Of a stretch of 64,000 nucleotides of DNA, positions 32,541-44,328 are shown in pieces. The position numbers and the translations under genes are program-made. Source of the DNA: Patescibacteria group bacterium (lineage in GTDB: Bacteria > Patescibacteriota > UBA1384 > XYA2-FULL-43-10 > 1-14-0-10-43-13); contig JBAYVE010000003.1 in assembly GCA_041674765.1 (NCBI GenBank), positions 66,040 through 130,039 of the forward strand, in the 5' to 3' direction. Numbering within the stretch: the first letter of the stretch is position 1; each line of letters opens with the position of its first letter. The notes below the pieces were generated by a model. The model saw nothing but the letters and a program-made list of their open reading frames with translations, did no database searches and had not been told where the DNA came from.

Positions 32541-34319
32541 TTATTCGACTACCCGTTTTCTATGCTCGGTCTTGAAAGTGATAAAAGTATCGCCGACAGC
32601 GATATTGGCGCCCGCAGGCAGGCTGAAGCCGCATTCGCTCCCTGATTCGCATTCCTTTACCTCACTCTTCTCTCGTCTGAGACTCAGTATTTTGGTTCTA
32701 TATTTTTCGTTTTTATCCTGAAAAAATTTGATCTCATCATTAGCGCTGATCTTACCACTTTCTACCGATCCTCCCGCAACAAAACCTTTTTTGTCATCTC
32801 GGAAAATCGCCAATACCTTGCCTGAACCAAGTTGCTCCTCGATTACCTCCGCGGGCAGTAAATTGGAAAGCTCTTCTTTAATATAATCAATCATCTCATA
32901 TATAACCGGAAATGTCTTGATGATGACGCCTTCTTTCTCGGCGATTCTTTTTGCGGCCCCAAAAACGGTAGCGCGGAAGCCTAGGACTTGGGATTTGGTT
33001 GACTTTGCCAAAGTGACATCTGATTCTGAAATAGGGCCGACTCCCTCAGAAATAATTTTTATACCATAATTTTCGCTTGTTATCTCGCCAATCGATTTCT
33101 TTACAGCTTCGAGGGAACCTTTTACGTCGCATTTAATCACAAGTTTTAGTTCGGTGAATTCGACGTATTCCTGGCCTTCTTCAGATTGTTTGATCCTGTG
33201 TGCAGTCGCAATATGAATTTGGGGTTTCGCAGAAAACGCCTTTGTGGCATTTTCCTTCGCTTCTTTCTCGTTTGCAAAAGCAGCAAGACGATCACCAAAA
33301 TCAGGTAGGGACTTCAAACCGGAAATTTTAATTGGAGTACTCGGACCGGCGGATTCGATCGTATTTCCACTGAAATCTTCGAGAGTCCTGATTTTACCAT
33401 AGACCGAACCGATCGCGACTGGTTCGCCTTTTCTCAAAGTACCATTTTCGATTAAAACCAGGGCCAAAGAACCTTTGCCTTTCTGCATCTTTGCCTCGAT
33501 GACAATACCAACAGCTGGGCTATCCGGATTAGCTTTGAGATCCATTATCTCCGCCTGAAGTAATATCATCTCGAGAAGGTCATCGACACCTTTGCCAGTT
33601 TTAGCCGATATTTCAACCATAATGGTTTTGCCGCCCCAGTCTTCCGCCACAAGTCCATATTCTGTCAGTTGCTGTTTAACCTTCATTATATCCGCGTCAG
33701 GAAGGTCAACTTTATTGATTGCAACGATGATCGGTACATTATTAATTCTGGCCTGCTCAATCACTTCAACCGTCTGGGGCATTACACCGTCATTTGCGGC
33801 GACGATCAAAACGATAATATCAGTTATGGCAGTGCCATGCTCACGCATAGCTGAGAAAGCAGCGTGTCCGGGGGTATCAATAAAAGTGATGGTTTTATTT
33901 TTTATTTCTTTGTTCCGAGTATTATCAAGAGTGACCTGGTATGCAGTAATATGCTGAGTAATTCCGCCTGATTCGCCAGCGGCGACATGAGCTCTTCGGA
34001 TATTATCCAAAAGTGTTGTTTTGCCATGGTCGACATGCCCCATAATTGTTACCACTGGCGGCCTTGGAACTAGGTTTTTCGTGCTCACCTCAGTCTTCGT
34101 GTGTATTTTTGGAGCCGCCTCTTCTTTGTGTTCAACGGCAATATCCAAGTAATCGCCGATAATAGAAGCTGTCTCAAAATCAATGGTCTCGTTGATAGTG
34201 GCCAAAATACCATTTTTCATCAGCTCAGAAATAACTGAGGTAACAGGCAAATCTGCCAAGTCTGAAAATTCCTTGACTGTTACGACATCGCCGATTTTTA
34301 TTGTTTTTTTGTCTGCCAC
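32541..34319 (-). CDS. infB: Translation initiation factor IF-2 (short form)
   Basis: [32 protein letters not shown]; GTG start with AGGAG. Confidence 0.98.
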   Translation of the reverse strand: MADKKTIKIGDVVTVKEFSDLADLPVTSVISELMKNGILATINETIDFETASIIGDYLDIAVEHKEEAAPKIHTKTEVSTKNLVPRPPVVTIMGHVDHGKTTLLDNIRRAHVAAGESGGITQHITAYQVTLDNTRNKEIKNKTITFIDTPGHAAFSAMREHGTAITDIIVLIVAANDGVMPQTVEVIEQARINNVPIIVAINKVDLPDADIMKVKQQLTEYGLVAEDWGGKTIMVEISAKTGKGVDDLLEMILLQAEIMDLKANPDSPAVGIVIEAKMQKGKGSLALVLIENGTLRKGEPVAIGSVYGKIRTLEDFSGNTIESAGPSTPIKISGLKSLPDFGDRLAAFANEKEAKENATKAFSAKPQIHIATAHRIKQSEEGQEYVEFTELKLVIKCDVKGSLEAVKKSIGEITSENYGIKIISEGVGPISESDVTLAKSTKSQVLGFRATVFGAAKRIAEKEGVIIKTFPVIYEMIDYIKEELSNLLPAEVIEEQLGSGKVLAIFRDDKKGFVAGGSVESGKISANDEIKFFQDKNEKYRTKILSLRREKSEVKECESGSECGFSLPAGANIAVGDTFITFKTEHRKRVVE

Positions 34320-34375
34320 TTAGCTCCTTATAAAGTATGAAGATGTATGATACCAAACTTAAATCGAATTAGCAA

Positions 34376-37300
34376 TTATTCTTTACCCCAATAATTGGCC
34401 TTGGTGGACGAATCACTTTCGTCCACTAAATTCTCCGTTTCTTTCTTGCCGGCATTCTCATTCGCAATTTCAATATTATCGCCATAAAATTTTACATTGA
34501 TTTGTGGTTTTTTGATGGCATTTATCTCTTTTGGAACTACTGGGGTAGATATAGCCGAGGCCGAATCTGTTGGTTTAGCCTCCTTAGTAATTTTCTTCCT
34601 ATTATCTACCTTCGGTTGCCCTATTTCTGCCTTTCCTTTCGTAGGATCATCGGGAGCGTCAAAGGATATCTGCTCCTGTTCAGCCTCAGCATTGGTATCG
34701 GGCAAAATAAACGCGACAGAGGAGACCTTATCATTTTCCTTAAGCCTCATCAAAGTTACGCCTTGAGTATCTCGTCCCAATCTCTTGATATTCTTTAATT
34801 CCATTCGAATAAACTGCCCTTTTCTTGAAGCCAAAACAACGTCACCCTTTTCGCCATATACAATATGCATTCCAATCACATTGCCAGTTTTGCTAGTACA
34901 GTTTGCTGCTCTTATCCCCATCCCACCTCTCTTCTGAATATGGAACTGCCGCAGACCACTTCGCTTGCCAAACCCGTTTTCAAGAACTACTAGCATATCA
35001 GGGGAAACAGCTGTCTTCTTCGTAGACTCGGTTGGCCACAGATTGCCAGGTACAACATCCATCGACATAACACGGTCGTTGGCCCTAAGTTTCATGCCGG
35101 TGACGCCCGAAGCACTTCTGCCCATAGGCCTGACGTCGGATTCTGCGTAACAGATGGCTTGACCCTTTTCTGAAACCTCAACGATATAGTCATCTCCACC
35201 CGTCGTTTGAACCCACTTCAGCTCATCTTTTCCCTTCAACCCCATTGCAAGAATACCTGTTTTCCGGATATTGTCATATTTTTCGATTTCTGTCTTTTTT
35301 ATCTGACCATGAGTAGTACCCATGACGAAATATTTGCTTTTATCGCTCGTCGCTGAAGTGAGCAAGGCAGTAACTTTCTCATCTGAACCGATCTGAATAA
35401 TATTGACGACTGGAGTACCCTTTGATTGTCTGGACGTTGCAGGGAGTTCATAGACCTTACTTTTGAAAACACGGCCCTTGTTAGTAAAGAAATAGATATC
35501 ATCATGTGTTCGGACACAAGCAAGATGATCCACAATGTCTTCCTCTTTTGTAGTCATTCCAACGACGCCGACCCCGCCACGAACTTGTCTGCGGTAAGTA
35601 TTGACTTCCTGTCTCTTAATGTAATTACCCCGACTCAAGGATACAATAACCTGCTCGTCTGGGATCAGATCCTCCGCTCGGAATTGACCGAGAGCTTGAG
35701 GGATGATAGTAGTCCGTCTCTTATCACCAAACCTTTCGGTAACATCAGCTAGATCGTCCTTAATCAAACCAAGAATCTTTTCAGGATGATCCAATAGATC
35801 CTTTAAGTAAGCGATCCTTGCCATAATCTCATTAAACTCATCTTCAATCTTTTTTCTCTCCAACGCGGCCAGTGCTGATAATCTCATATCGAGGATCGCA
35901 TCGGCCTGAACCACCGAAAAAGAAAACTTGGCAATCAAATTCTTCTTAGCCTCATCACGGTTAGCAGAGGCCCTGATTGTGGTTATAACCTCATCTATAT
36001 GATCAAGGGCAATCTTCAACCCTTCGAGGATATGGGCGCGGTCTTCCGCCTTTTTTAGTTCAAAAACCGTACGCCTCTTTATAACCTCTTTGCGATGGTC
36101 GATATAGAACTGCAAAATATCTTTGAGTGTCATAACCTGAGGTTCAAGTTCAGGAGTCAATGCAAGCATATTTACATGGAAAGCTGTCTGAAGGGGGGTC
36201 AGCTCGAAGAGGCGGTTTAATACTTTCTTTGGATATGCACTGGATTTGAGCTCAATTACCACCCGTACACCGTTTCGATCCGATTCATCCCTCAAATCAG
36301 AGATACCATCTATCCTTTTCTCTTTGACCAAATCAGCGATCTTCTCAATCATTGTTGATTTATTTACCTGGTACGGGATCTCGGTAACAATAATTTTAAA
36401 TCCTCTTTTTGTCTCCTCAATTTCCGCTTTGGCCCGCATCAAAATCCGGCCCTTGCCAGTAGCGTAAGCTGTTTTGATATCTTCAACATTATAAATATTT
36501 GCGCCCGTCGGAAAATCAGGACCTTTAATATGCTTCATTAGCTCATCAAGGTCTGCTTCCGGATTATCGATCAAAGCGCAAATGCCCTTACAAAGTTCAC
36601 CCAGATTGTGTGGGGGAATATTGGTAGCCATACCGACAGCAATGCCCATAGTTCCGTTTAAAAGCAGATTAGGAACACGCGCAGGCATAACAATCGGCTC
36701 TTGAGTTGTGCCGTCATAATTATCCTGCCAGTCTACAGTGTCCTTATCAAGATCAGCCACCATCTCTTCAGCGATAGCAGACATCCGGCACTCTGTATAA
36801 CGCATGGCAGCTGCAGAGTCACCGTCCATTGAGCCAAAATTGCCCTGTCCGTCAACCATAGGATAGCGCATTGAGAAATCTTGAGCCAAACGAACTAACG
36901 TATCGTAGGCAGCGACATCGCCGTGAGGGTGGTAATTACCGATTACTTCACCGACTACTTTGGCAGATTTACGGTATTTAACATTGTGGCGAAGACCAGT
37001 TGCATACATTGCATAGAGAACCCGGCGATGAACAGGTTTTAGACCGTCCCTGACGTCCGGGAGAGCTCTAGAGATGATAACGCTCATTGCATACGAAAGA
37101 TATGAAGTCTCCATCTCAGAGACAAGCTCCTGCGGCCTAATATGGCCAACCGCTGGATCGTAAACATTTTCGACAATAGACTTATCATCCAAACCTTCAG
37201 ATTTCACAAAACCGGACCGGTCTATAACTGAATCGGAATTTTCTAGTTCCTCTTCGACGCCTGACTCTTCAGAATTTTCCACTTCGTCAGTAGAAATCTG

Positions 37301-37393
37301 ATCATTTTCTTCCTCTTGATCAGTATCAAGGGTTTCAACCTCAGGCTCAAACTCTGTATTTTCTTCTAAATTATTATTTTGTTCGTCAACCAT
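34376..37393 (-). CDS. gyrA: DNA gyrase subunit A
   Basis: [30 protein letters not shown]-terminal pinwheel repeats. Confidence 0.98.
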   Translation of the reverse strand: MVDEQNNNLEENTEFEPEVETLDTDQEEENDQISTDEVENSEESGVEEELENSDSVIDRSGFVKSEGLDDKSIVENVYDPAVGHIRPQELVSEMETSYLSYAMSVIISRALPDVRDGLKPVHRRVLYAMYATGLRHNVKYRKSAKVVGEVIGNYHPHGDVAAYDTLVRLAQDFSMRYPMVDGQGNFGSMDGDSAAAMRYTECRMSAIAEEMVADLDKDTVDWQDNYDGTTQEPIVMPARVPNLLLNGTMGIAVGMATNIPPHNLGELCKGICALIDNPEADLDELMKHIKGPDFPTGANIYNVEDIKTAYATGKGRILMRAKAEIEETKRGFKIIVTEIPYQVNKSTMIEKIADLVKEKRIDGISDLRDESDRNGVRVVIELKSSAYPKKVLNRLFELTPLQTAFHVNMLALTPELEPQVMTLKDILQFYIDHRKEVIKRRTVFELKKAEDRAHILEGLKIALDHIDEVITTIRASANRDEAKKNLIAKFSFSVVQADAILDMRLSALAALERKKIEDEFNEIMARIAYLKDLLDHPEKILGLIKDDLADVTERFGDKRRTTIIPQALGQFRAEDLIPDEQVIVSLSRGNYIKRQEVNTYRRQVRGGVGVVGMTTKEEDIVDHLACVRTHDDIYFFTNKGRVFKSKVYELPATSRQSKGTPVVNIIQIGSDEKVTALLTSATSDKSKYFVMGTTHGQIKKTEIEKYDNIRKTGILAMGLKGKDELKWVQTTGGDDYIVEVSEKGQAICYAESDVRPMGRSASGVTGMKLRANDRVMSMDVVPGNLWPTESTKKTAVSPDMLVVLENGFGKRSGLRQFHIQKRGGMGIRAANCTSKTGNVIGMHIVYGEKGDVVLASRKGQFIRMELKNIKRLGRDTQGVTLMRLKENDKVSSVAFILPDTNAEAEQEQISFDAPDDPTKGKAEIGQPKVDNRKKITKEAKPTDSASAISTPVVPKEINAIKKPQINVKFYGDNIEIANENAGKKETENLVDESDSSTKANYWGKE

Positions 37394-37422
37394 TTCTATC
37401 CTCTATATTAGAAAACTAACTT

Positions 37423-39468
37423 TTAGATATCAAGATTCTGCGCCGTTTTGGCCCTAGTCTGAATAAACTTCTTACGTGGCGGGACTTGATCACCCATAAG
37501 CATCGTGAAAACAGCATCGGACTTCTCTGCATCATCAATTGTAACTTGGAGCAAAATCCGGTTTTCTGGATTCATCGTAGTCTCCCAAAGCTGAGTTGGA
37601 TTCATTTCTCCAAGACCTTTAAATCGCTGAATCATCACACCAGTTGCTTCGACTTTGTCGCCTCTGAATTTTTTGACGATCTTATCTCTTTCTTCATCGC
37701 TATAAACCCAGTGTTTCTCTTTGCCTTTCGAAACCGAATAAAGTGGAGGCTGTGCGATATAGATATGGCCATGCGATATTAAATCCGGGAAATTACGATA
37801 GAAAAAGGTGAGAAGCAACGTCCTAATATGAGCACCATCTACATCTGCATCAGTCATAATAATTATCCGGTCATAACGAAGTTTTGAATAATTAATATCT
37901 TCACCGACGCCTACCCCCATTGCCACGATAAGGGCTTTTATCTCGTCTGAAGAAAGCATCCTATCTAGACGAGCTCTTTCTACATTTAAGATCTTGCCAC
38001 GAAGGGGCAAAATAGCTTGAAAGTTTCGATCCCGGCCTTGCTTGGCAGAACCGCCAGCTGAATCACCCTCAACGATATAGATTTCAGTTTTTTTCGAATC
38101 TTTAGAGGAACAATCAGCGAGCTTTCCAGGCAAAGTCATGCCCTCAAGAGCGCCTTTTCTGATAATAGTATCCCGTGCTGCTCGAGCTGCCAATCTAGCT
38201 TTTGCTGAAAGTGTACATTTGTCGATAATTTTTTTGGCTTCACTGGGATGCTCTTCCAGGTAAATTGTGAGCGCTTCGGCAGTAACAGAATCAACAACCG
38301 TTCTAACTTCGGTATTACCAAGCTTTGCTTTTGTCTGCCCCTCAAACTGAGGATCTGGCAACTTCACAGATAAAACTGCGGTAAGACCTTCTCTAACATC
38401 CTCGCCCGTCAAAACATCCTTGGTTAGATTGTTCTTTCTGGCATAATCATTTAGAGCTCGGGTTAGAGCAGTTTTGAATCCAGTGAGATGAGTTCCACCC
38501 TCAGGTGTATTAATGTTATTTGCAAACGAGTAAAGATGCTCTTTGAAATCATTAGTGTAGGCAAGAGAAAGTTCTACGATGACACCACTCTGCTGTTTTT
38601 CGATATAAACAGGGGGCTCAGTATATGATTCTCTATTCTTGTTGAGATGACGAACATAAGAGGAGATACCACCCTCAAAATAAAATGAATAATGCTGAGG
38701 ACCGTTTTTTTCAATAATCTCTTCGTCTTCGTCTCCACCGGCCCTGCCGGTTCGGACGGTCTCGTCTCCAGTTTCCTCCTCGTCCTTCTCGGCCTTTGGT
38801 GCCTGTAGATGTTTGTCCTCACGCTCATCAACAATACTAATCATCACACCTTTTGTGAGGTACGCCTGCTGACGGCAACGGTTCAGGACGGTCTGATAAG
38901 AAAACTCGGTAGTCGAGGTAAAGATTTCCGGATCAGGTATAAAAGTAATCTTTGTTCCGGTGCCTTCAGCCACGCCAACCGCTTTTACATTCGCGACGGC
39001 ATCGCCTTGCCTAAACTCTTGAGAGTACAGTTTACCATTCCTTTTGACCTCAGCCTTGACCCACAAGCTCAAAGCGTTTACCACAGAAACACCAACACCA
39101 TGCAGACCGCCAGATATTTTATAACCGCCGTCGCCAAACTTTCCCCCGGCATGAAGGACGGTCAATACTGTTTCTAGCGCAGACTTCCCAGTTGCCTTGA
39201 CGATATCGACGGGGATACCACGTCCGTTATCATCGACGGAAACCGAGCCATCTTTATGAATAGTGACAATAATTTTGTCGCAGAAACCGGCCATTGCCTC
39301 ATCGATAGAGTTATCTAAAACTTCCCAGATCAGGTGGTGCAGACCATCACTGCCTGTGCCGCCGATGTACATTCCGGGACGTTTGCGGACAGGGGCCAGC
39401 CCTTCAAGAACTGTAATTTTTGAAGCATCATATGATTCGGTTACTTTTTTCTTTTGATCTTCAGACAT
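37423..39468 (-). CDS. gyrB: DNA gyrase subunit B
   Basis: EVLDNSIDE, GGLHGVG, VEGDSAGG, PLRGK, TDADVDG, RFKGLGEM. Confidence 0.99.
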   Translation of the reverse strand: MSEDQKKKVTESYDASKITVLEGLAPVRKRPGMYIGGTGSDGLHHLIWEVLDNSIDEAMAGFCDKIIVTIHKDGSVSVDDNGRGIPVDIVKATGKSALETVLTVLHAGGKFGDGGYKISGGLHGVGVSVVNALSLWVKAEVKRNGKLYSQEFRQGDAVANVKAVGVAEGTGTKITFIPDPEIFTSTTEFSYQTVLNRCRQQAYLTKGVMISIVDEREDKHLQAPKAEKDEEETGDETVRTGRAGGDEDEEIIEKNGPQHYSFYFEGGISSYVRHLNKNRESYTEPPVYIEKQQSGVIVELSLAYTNDFKEHLYSFANNINTPEGGTHLTGFKTALTRALNDYARKNNLTKDVLTGEDVREGLTAVLSVKLPDPQFEGQTKAKLGNTEVRTVVDSVTAEALTIYLEEHPSEAKKIIDKCTLSAKARLAARAARDTIIRKGALEGMTLPGKLADCSSKDSKKTEIYIVEGDSAGGSAKQGRDRNFQAILPLRGKILNVERARLDRMLSSDEIKALIVAMGVGVGEDINYSKLRYDRIIIMTDADVDGAHIRTLLLTFFYRNFPDLISHGHIYIAQPPLYSVSKGKEKHWVYSDEERDKIVKKFRGDKVEATGVMIQRFKGLGEMNPTQLWETTMNPENRILLQVTIDDAEKSDAVFTMLMGDQVPPRKKFIQTRAKTAQNLDI

Positions 39469-39635
39469 TGAAGCGCTCCCTTTAATATTTCCAAACTAAG
39501 AAACCACAAAAGTGATTCTTTACTTATTTTAAACCCTTTCTGACCAAATCGCAAGCCATTAAACCCTAGCGGCTGTTATACAAAAAAAATGCATTCTGAC
39601 GCATCCTGCAGGTTTTTAGAGGGATGCCAAGATAG

Positions 39636-41717
39636 CTAAATCTTTTTGAAGTGAAGAGTAATCTCTTTATCCGATTGAAGATCGAAATTTAACTTCATTT
39701 TGCCATTGTATGAGTCTTTTACATTCTCGGGGAAAAAAGTTAGAGGATAATAGATGGTCAATTCAACCTTATCATTAGGGGCGCCAGGCTGCTTTTGAAA
39801 AAGGATCGAATAGTCAAAGTTATCGTTTGTTTGGACTTTGTAGTTCGGACGATACTCTATCTTTGCTCTGCTTGTGTCACCAGGAATTGTCGACATCCAA
39901 AAATTTATCACAGTTTTTCCAGCCTCCTTTGATATCCATGAAGGTTGTCCATCATGATAGCCTCGATCACAATAACGTTCGAAATTGCCCGAGAGAGGCA
40001 CGAAGTTAAGCAATTTACTCTCTTCCGGTACTAAAAAACGCACATAATTTCTATCCAATCCGTTTGGAAATTCATTCTTACCAGTGTGTTGCCTGATTAA
40101 TTCCAACGAGTTTTGAATAGTGCCGTCATCATTGATTCTAACATCAATTTTGGCCGTTTCGATCATACTCTGATTAGTCTTGGCGCCAGCGAGGTTAGAG
40201 TTATTCAAATAGAAATAGTCTGCAGTAGTCGGCTTCACTTCTCCTGTGAGATTTAATAATTGCAATCTGTTTTGAAAATCATCATTCTCAAAATTAAACA
40301 GTATATTTTTGGACTCCATTGATTTTACGAGAGAGGAAACAATAAGAGAACAGCTACCCGCCTTTCCGCATTCGGCGATCCTGTCGATCACGATCGGCAT
40401 CATATCGCCAAGCATTTTTTTAGGCTCATTTTCTTTCATTCCACCTTCGCGGCCAAAATAGGTAACTTGAACTTCATTTTCTACCGCGAGACGGAAATTA
40501 TCTGCATTGACTTCAAGATTATAAGCGGGCATGGCGATTGGACCAATCACTTTAAGCAAGGAGATAAATGCGGTGGTATCGATTGTAATGGCTCCGTCGA
40601 CATGCTGGACAGCTTCCTTTTCATAGAAATCACGGATTGTGTCCAATGCTTCCTTTCCGTCGACAGAAAAGCCGGATTGCTTTAAGGTCAAATATCCCCC
40701 GTTGAATGCCTCAAGTTCCGTTGGCGCTGGAATCTGCTCTCTCTTTAGAAATGCATCGTCTAGCTTATAGATATTTGTACCAAAGTCGATATTCCTTAGC
40801 TTCCCTCCCTCAAATTTGGCGATACCGAAAGATCCAAAAGACCCTCCGCTGCCTCCGCGAAGCTCATCATTATTCTGAAAAATTATCAAAATATTCTTTT
40901 GGCCGGCATCCGGAACTGACAACCAAGGTAGATCTTTAGTAAGTAAAGGTCCGGCCTTCGCAAAAATCACCTCCATTCGATCAATATAATCTCTAAGTTG
41001 GACAGACTTCTCATCATCATAAAACTGAAGACGGCCCTGCTGAAATTTCAGCTCGTCTGAAACTTGATTAATTAAACTTATCGAACTTTTGCCAAGGAGA
41101 GTTAAATCCGCAAGATAATCAGAACCAGGCTTTTTTAGAATTCCGTCTTTATCGACTTCTATTCTCTCGGGCAATTTTGTAATATCTGCAATAACATTTA
41201 ATAAAGTCAGACTTCTGGTTATTCTCGATTTACTATGCAAAATATTGAAATAAGGCAAGTTTTGTCCAAATGACTCGGAAAATAACTGTGCCTCAGACGT
41301 TATTTTTCCCATATCTTGTAGATTTGAGGTTAGAACGCCAAAGTTTCCTGTTTCCAAAGAATTTTTGATGTTTGAAAGAATTTGGCTGAAAGAGTCGTTG
41401 TATAATCTTTCGCCTTTTTTTAATTTATGAGCATGTGTATAAAAGAAGAAGGCTAAAAAGGACAAAAACATTATATATAATATCTTCTTTAAAAGTTTCG
41501 GGAACTTTTTGGTGGAAGTTGTCCTGTGGGTTTGAACCGCGAAAGCAGTCTCATCCGACGGCAGAGTCCAACTCTCATTGATATTCTGGAAATCAACGCC
41601 CGGTTTGACAAGCTCGGCAGTCATTTGGGATTCGTTGATATCAAATAGACCATCCCCTATTTCCGAATGGTGTTCTTTTTCTCCTTGATTTCCTTTTAGA
41701 CCATCGATATGCTTCAA
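39636..41717 (-). CDS. DUF4012 domain membrane-anchored protein
   Basis: TM near N-terminus, LIIFQNNDELRGG.GG.FGS, VDGAITID, N.N..GAKTN, QKQPG. Confidence 0.8.
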   Translation of the reverse strand: MKHIDGLKGNQGEKEHHSEIGDGLFDINESQMTAELVKPGVDFQNINESWTLPSDETAFAVQTHRTTSTKKFPKLLKKILYIMFLSFLAFFFYTHAHKLKKGERLYNDSFSQILSNIKNSLETGNFGVLTSNLQDMGKITSEAQLFSESFGQNLPYFNILHSKSRITRSLTLLNVIADITKLPERIEVDKDGILKKPGSDYLADLTLLGKSSISLINQVSDELKFQQGRLQFYDDEKSVQLRDYIDRMEVIFAKAGPLLTKDLPWLSVPDAGQKNILIIFQNNDELRGGSGGSFGSFGIAKFEGGKLRNIDFGTNIYKLDDAFLKREQIPAPTELEAFNGGYLTLKQSGFSVDGKEALDTIRDFYEKEAVQHVDGAITIDTTAFISLLKVIGPIAMPAYNLEVNADNFRLAVENEVQVTYFGREGGMKENEPKKMLGDMMPIVIDRIAECGKAGSCSLIVSSLVKSMESKNILFNFENDDFQNRLQLLNLTGEVKPTTADYFYLNNSNLAGAKTNQSMIETAKIDVRINDDGTIQNSLELIRQHTGKNEFPNGLDRNYVRFLVPEESKLLNFVPLSGNFERYCDRGYHDGQPSWISKEAGKTVINFWMSTIPGDTSRAKIEYRPNYKVQTNDNFDYSILFQKQPGAPNDKVELTIYYPLTFFPENVKDSYNGKMKLNFDLQSDKEITLHFKKI

Positions 41718-41734
41718 CGCCCCTCCCTGGCAAC

Positions 41735-42838
41735 TTACTTTTCCATAATCGAAACAACCTGTTCATAGAATTCTTTTTTGAACCTCTCACAAGAGAATCT
41801 CTCTGCATGACTGCGGATCACCTTTGAATCGAAGCCTTCTGACTTGAATGATTGAACCGCCCTGATGAGCGATTGTGCATTTTGTTCAGGAAATAAAATA
41901 CCTGTCTCGCCATCAATAACCGATTCTGAGACACCTCCCTTGGCGAAGGCAATGACCGGCCGGCCGGCCGACATGGCTTCGACTGGCACAATGCCGAAGT
42001 CCTCCTCGGCGGCAAATATAAAAGCCCGAGCTTCTGCATAATACTTTTTCATCTCATCATCCGACAGAAAACCTAAAAATTCGATATTACTTTTAGCTAT
42101 TTTCTGGAGATTACCCTTATCCGGACCGTGACCGATAATTTTCAAAGGCAATTTTAGCTCATTGAAAGCTTCTATAACCAAATCACATCTCTTGTAATCG
42201 ATCAGCCGGCTAACAAACAGAAAATAATCCTTAACGTTATCTTGATCCGTCGGCAGAAATTTATTTACATCAACACCCGGATATATGACATTGGCATCAC
42301 GCCGATAGTACTTTTTGATCCGGTTGGCAATATATTTGGAATTGGCTATATAATGATCTACCCGGGTAGCTGCGACACTATCCCAGATTCTCATTTCATG
42401 AATGACTTTTTGCCTAAGCCAGTTGAATCTACCTTTCGAGGCTCTGGGATCGACTTGCGGTTCCCAGAGATATCTCGGTGGCGTATGGCAGTATGAAATA
42501 TGAGTTGTTCCCGGTTTTGTAATAACACCCTTGGCTGCCACTGTAGTAGAGGATATGACAAGATCATACTTTGATAAATCGAACTGCTCAAAAGCAAAAG
42601 GAGTGAAAGGAACAAGAAGCTCCCTTTTGGTTTTCGTATATGGAATCTTTTGCAAAAATGAAGGCCGAACATCCAATTTAGCAAATGGTTTTGCCTTCTT
42701 GGGATCAAAAACAGCTGTAAAAATAGGAGCCTTTGGAAACAGCTCATGTAAATTTAGAAGGACCCGCTCGGCGCCAGCAACATTTGTGATCCATTCATGT
42801 ACGAGCGCGATATTCAGATTTTCCAAGGATTGCTTCAT
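41735..42838 (-). CDS. GT4 family glycosyltransferase
   Basis: ALVHEW...GAERVL, YCHTPPRYLW, EEDFGIVPVEAM. Confidence 0.93.
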   Translation of the reverse strand: MKQSLENLNIALVHEWITNVAGAERVLLNLHELFPKAPIFTAVFDPKKAKPFAKLDVRPSFLQKIPYTKTKRELLVPFTPFAFEQFDLSKYDLVISSTTVAAKGVITKPGTTHISYCHTPPRYLWEPQVDPRASKGRFNWLRQKVIHEMRIWDSVAATRVDHYIANSKYIANRIKKYYRRDANVIYPGVDVNKFLPTDQDNVKDYFLFVSRLIDYKRCDLVIEAFNELKLPLKIIGHGPDKGNLQKIAKSNIEFLGFLSDDEMKKYYAEARAFIFAAEEDFGIVPVEAMSAGRPVIAFAKGGVSESVIDGETGILFPEQNAQSLIRAVQSFKSEGFDSKVIRSHAERFSCERFKKEFYEQVVSIMEK

Positions 42839-44216
42839 ATACAACCAACCAAAAAGTTTTAATAATTATTTTTAAGTCGAACCACAATGACCAATTTTCG
42901 ATATAATAAAGATCATATTTTACCCGCTCAGAAACCGAGGTATCTCCTTTGAGGCCGTTCACTTGTGCCCAGCCGGTCAACCCCGTTTTTACCTTGTGCC
43001 GGCGGAAGTAATCAGGAATCTCTTTCTCGAACTTTTCCACTAATTTAGGCAACTCCGGCCGGGGCCCAACGAAACTCATTTCTCCCAGCAAAATATTCCA
43101 GAGTTGGGGAAGCTCGTCGAGATTTGTTTTGCGTAAAATTTTGCCTATCGGGGTAACTCTGGTTTTCTCATCCTCTGCCGTTGTCCAATAGATGCCCCCT
43201 TTAAAATCACATTTATCGATATACATCGATCTGAATTTATAGAAATCAAAGACAATCTCGTCTCTGCTCACGCGCTGATGGCGATAGAAAACCGGGCCGC
43301 GTGAAGTCAATTTGATAAAAAGTGCAATCAATAGGCCGATCGGCGATAAGATAGCCAAGAAAATTGCAGAAAAAAACACATCAAAAAATCGTTTGGCAAT
43401 TCTGCCCCATCCATCGAGAGGAATCGGCCTTAGCTCCATTACCGGGATAGAACCAGCGAGGCCTGGCTTGAAGCTGGATGTCATAATAGCTAAATCGTCC
43501 GGTATGTATTTAAAAGAGATTCTTTTATCATCGCAAAGTCTAACTAAATTGGACAGCTTATCTTTTGTTAGATTAGAATCGGCAAAAATTACCTCGTCGA
43601 TCTCTTTTTTATTCAATATTTCGGCAATATTATCAAAACATCCTATAATCTTTGTATTGCAATCTTTATTTTCTGTTGTGAGCACAGTTCCGACAACTGA
43701 AAATCCGAAACGAAGTTCTCTCTTCACCCTCATGGCAATCTCATCAATGTTCGGAGCACTTCCGATTAGCAAAATATTACGCCGGCCAAGGTCAAAATAT
43801 GCAAGCAATGTCCTTTGAAGACATTTTAGGACCATTCTGGCAATAAAAACAGCAAGAATACTGGTCAGCCAAATTAGAACCAGAATAATCCGTGAAAAGA
43901 AAAGCGTCTTGGCGAAAAAGATTATGACTATAAGACAGAGAATTGCGGTCGAGGCTGAAAGAAATATGCGGTAGAATTCAAAAGCCGGACCAGTATAGTT
44001 CCTAATTGAATATAAGCCGTTTAAAGCATTTAGTCCGATCCAGATAGGCAAAAGATAGAAGCCGTAACGTAAATACTCAGAGATACCGATGGCGGAAAAT
44101 GCTGTCGAGGTTTCAATCTGGGTTCGTAAATAATATGCAAATACGAACGCAATAATGACCGCTATCATGTCGATAGGGATCAGAAGAAATGCAAAAAAAA
44201 GTTCCGAACGTTTCAT
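42795..44216 (-). CDS. Undecaprenyl-phosphate sugar phosphotransferase (WcaJ/WbaP family)
   Basis: KRFFD, KFRSM, DELPQLWNIL.GEMSFVGPRP, GLTGWAQV, DLYYIENWS. Confidence 0.95.
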   Translation of the reverse strand: MKRSELFFAFLLIPIDMIAVIIAFVFAYYLRTQIETSTAFSAIGISEYLRYGFYLLPIWIGLNALNGLYSIRNYTGPAFEFYRIFLSASTAILCLIVIIFFAKTLFFSRIILVLIWLTSILAVFIARMVLKCLQRTLLAYFDLGRRNILLIGSAPNIDEIAMRVKRELRFGFSVVGTVLTTENKDCNTKIIGCFDNIAEILNKKEIDEVIFADSNLTKDKLSNLVRLCDDKRISFKYIPDDLAIMTSSFKPGLAGSIPVMELRPIPLDGWGRIAKRFFDVFFSAIFLAILSPIGLLIALFIKLTSRGPVFYRHQRVSRDEIVFDFYKFRSMYIDKCDFKGGIYWTTAEDEKTRVTPIGKILRKTNLDELPQLWNILLGEMSFVGPRPELPKLVEKFEKEIPDYFRRHKVKTGLTGWAQVNGLKGDTSVSERVKYDLYYIENWSLWFDLKIIIKTFWLVVYEAILGKSEYRART

Positions 44217-44268
44217 ATACTTAATAATAGCCTTAAACTGTCAAATTTTCAATTCTGTTCTCCCAAAC

Positions 44269-44298
44269 AAAAAAGTCCCGCCGAAGCGGGATTTTTTT
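44269..44298. terminator. Intrinsic terminator after DUF5679 gene
   Basis: AAAAAAGTCCCGC-CGAA-GCGGGATTTTTTT. Confidence 0.75.
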
Positions 44299-44328
44299 GT
44301 TGGATCAAAAACAAAAATTTGGTTCCAA

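Noticed and set aside
14704-39457. Many antisense ORFs in the track overlapping tuf, fusA, rpoBC, infB and gyrAB
   Set aside because: Shadow frames of conserved genes, with no motifs or initiation signals.
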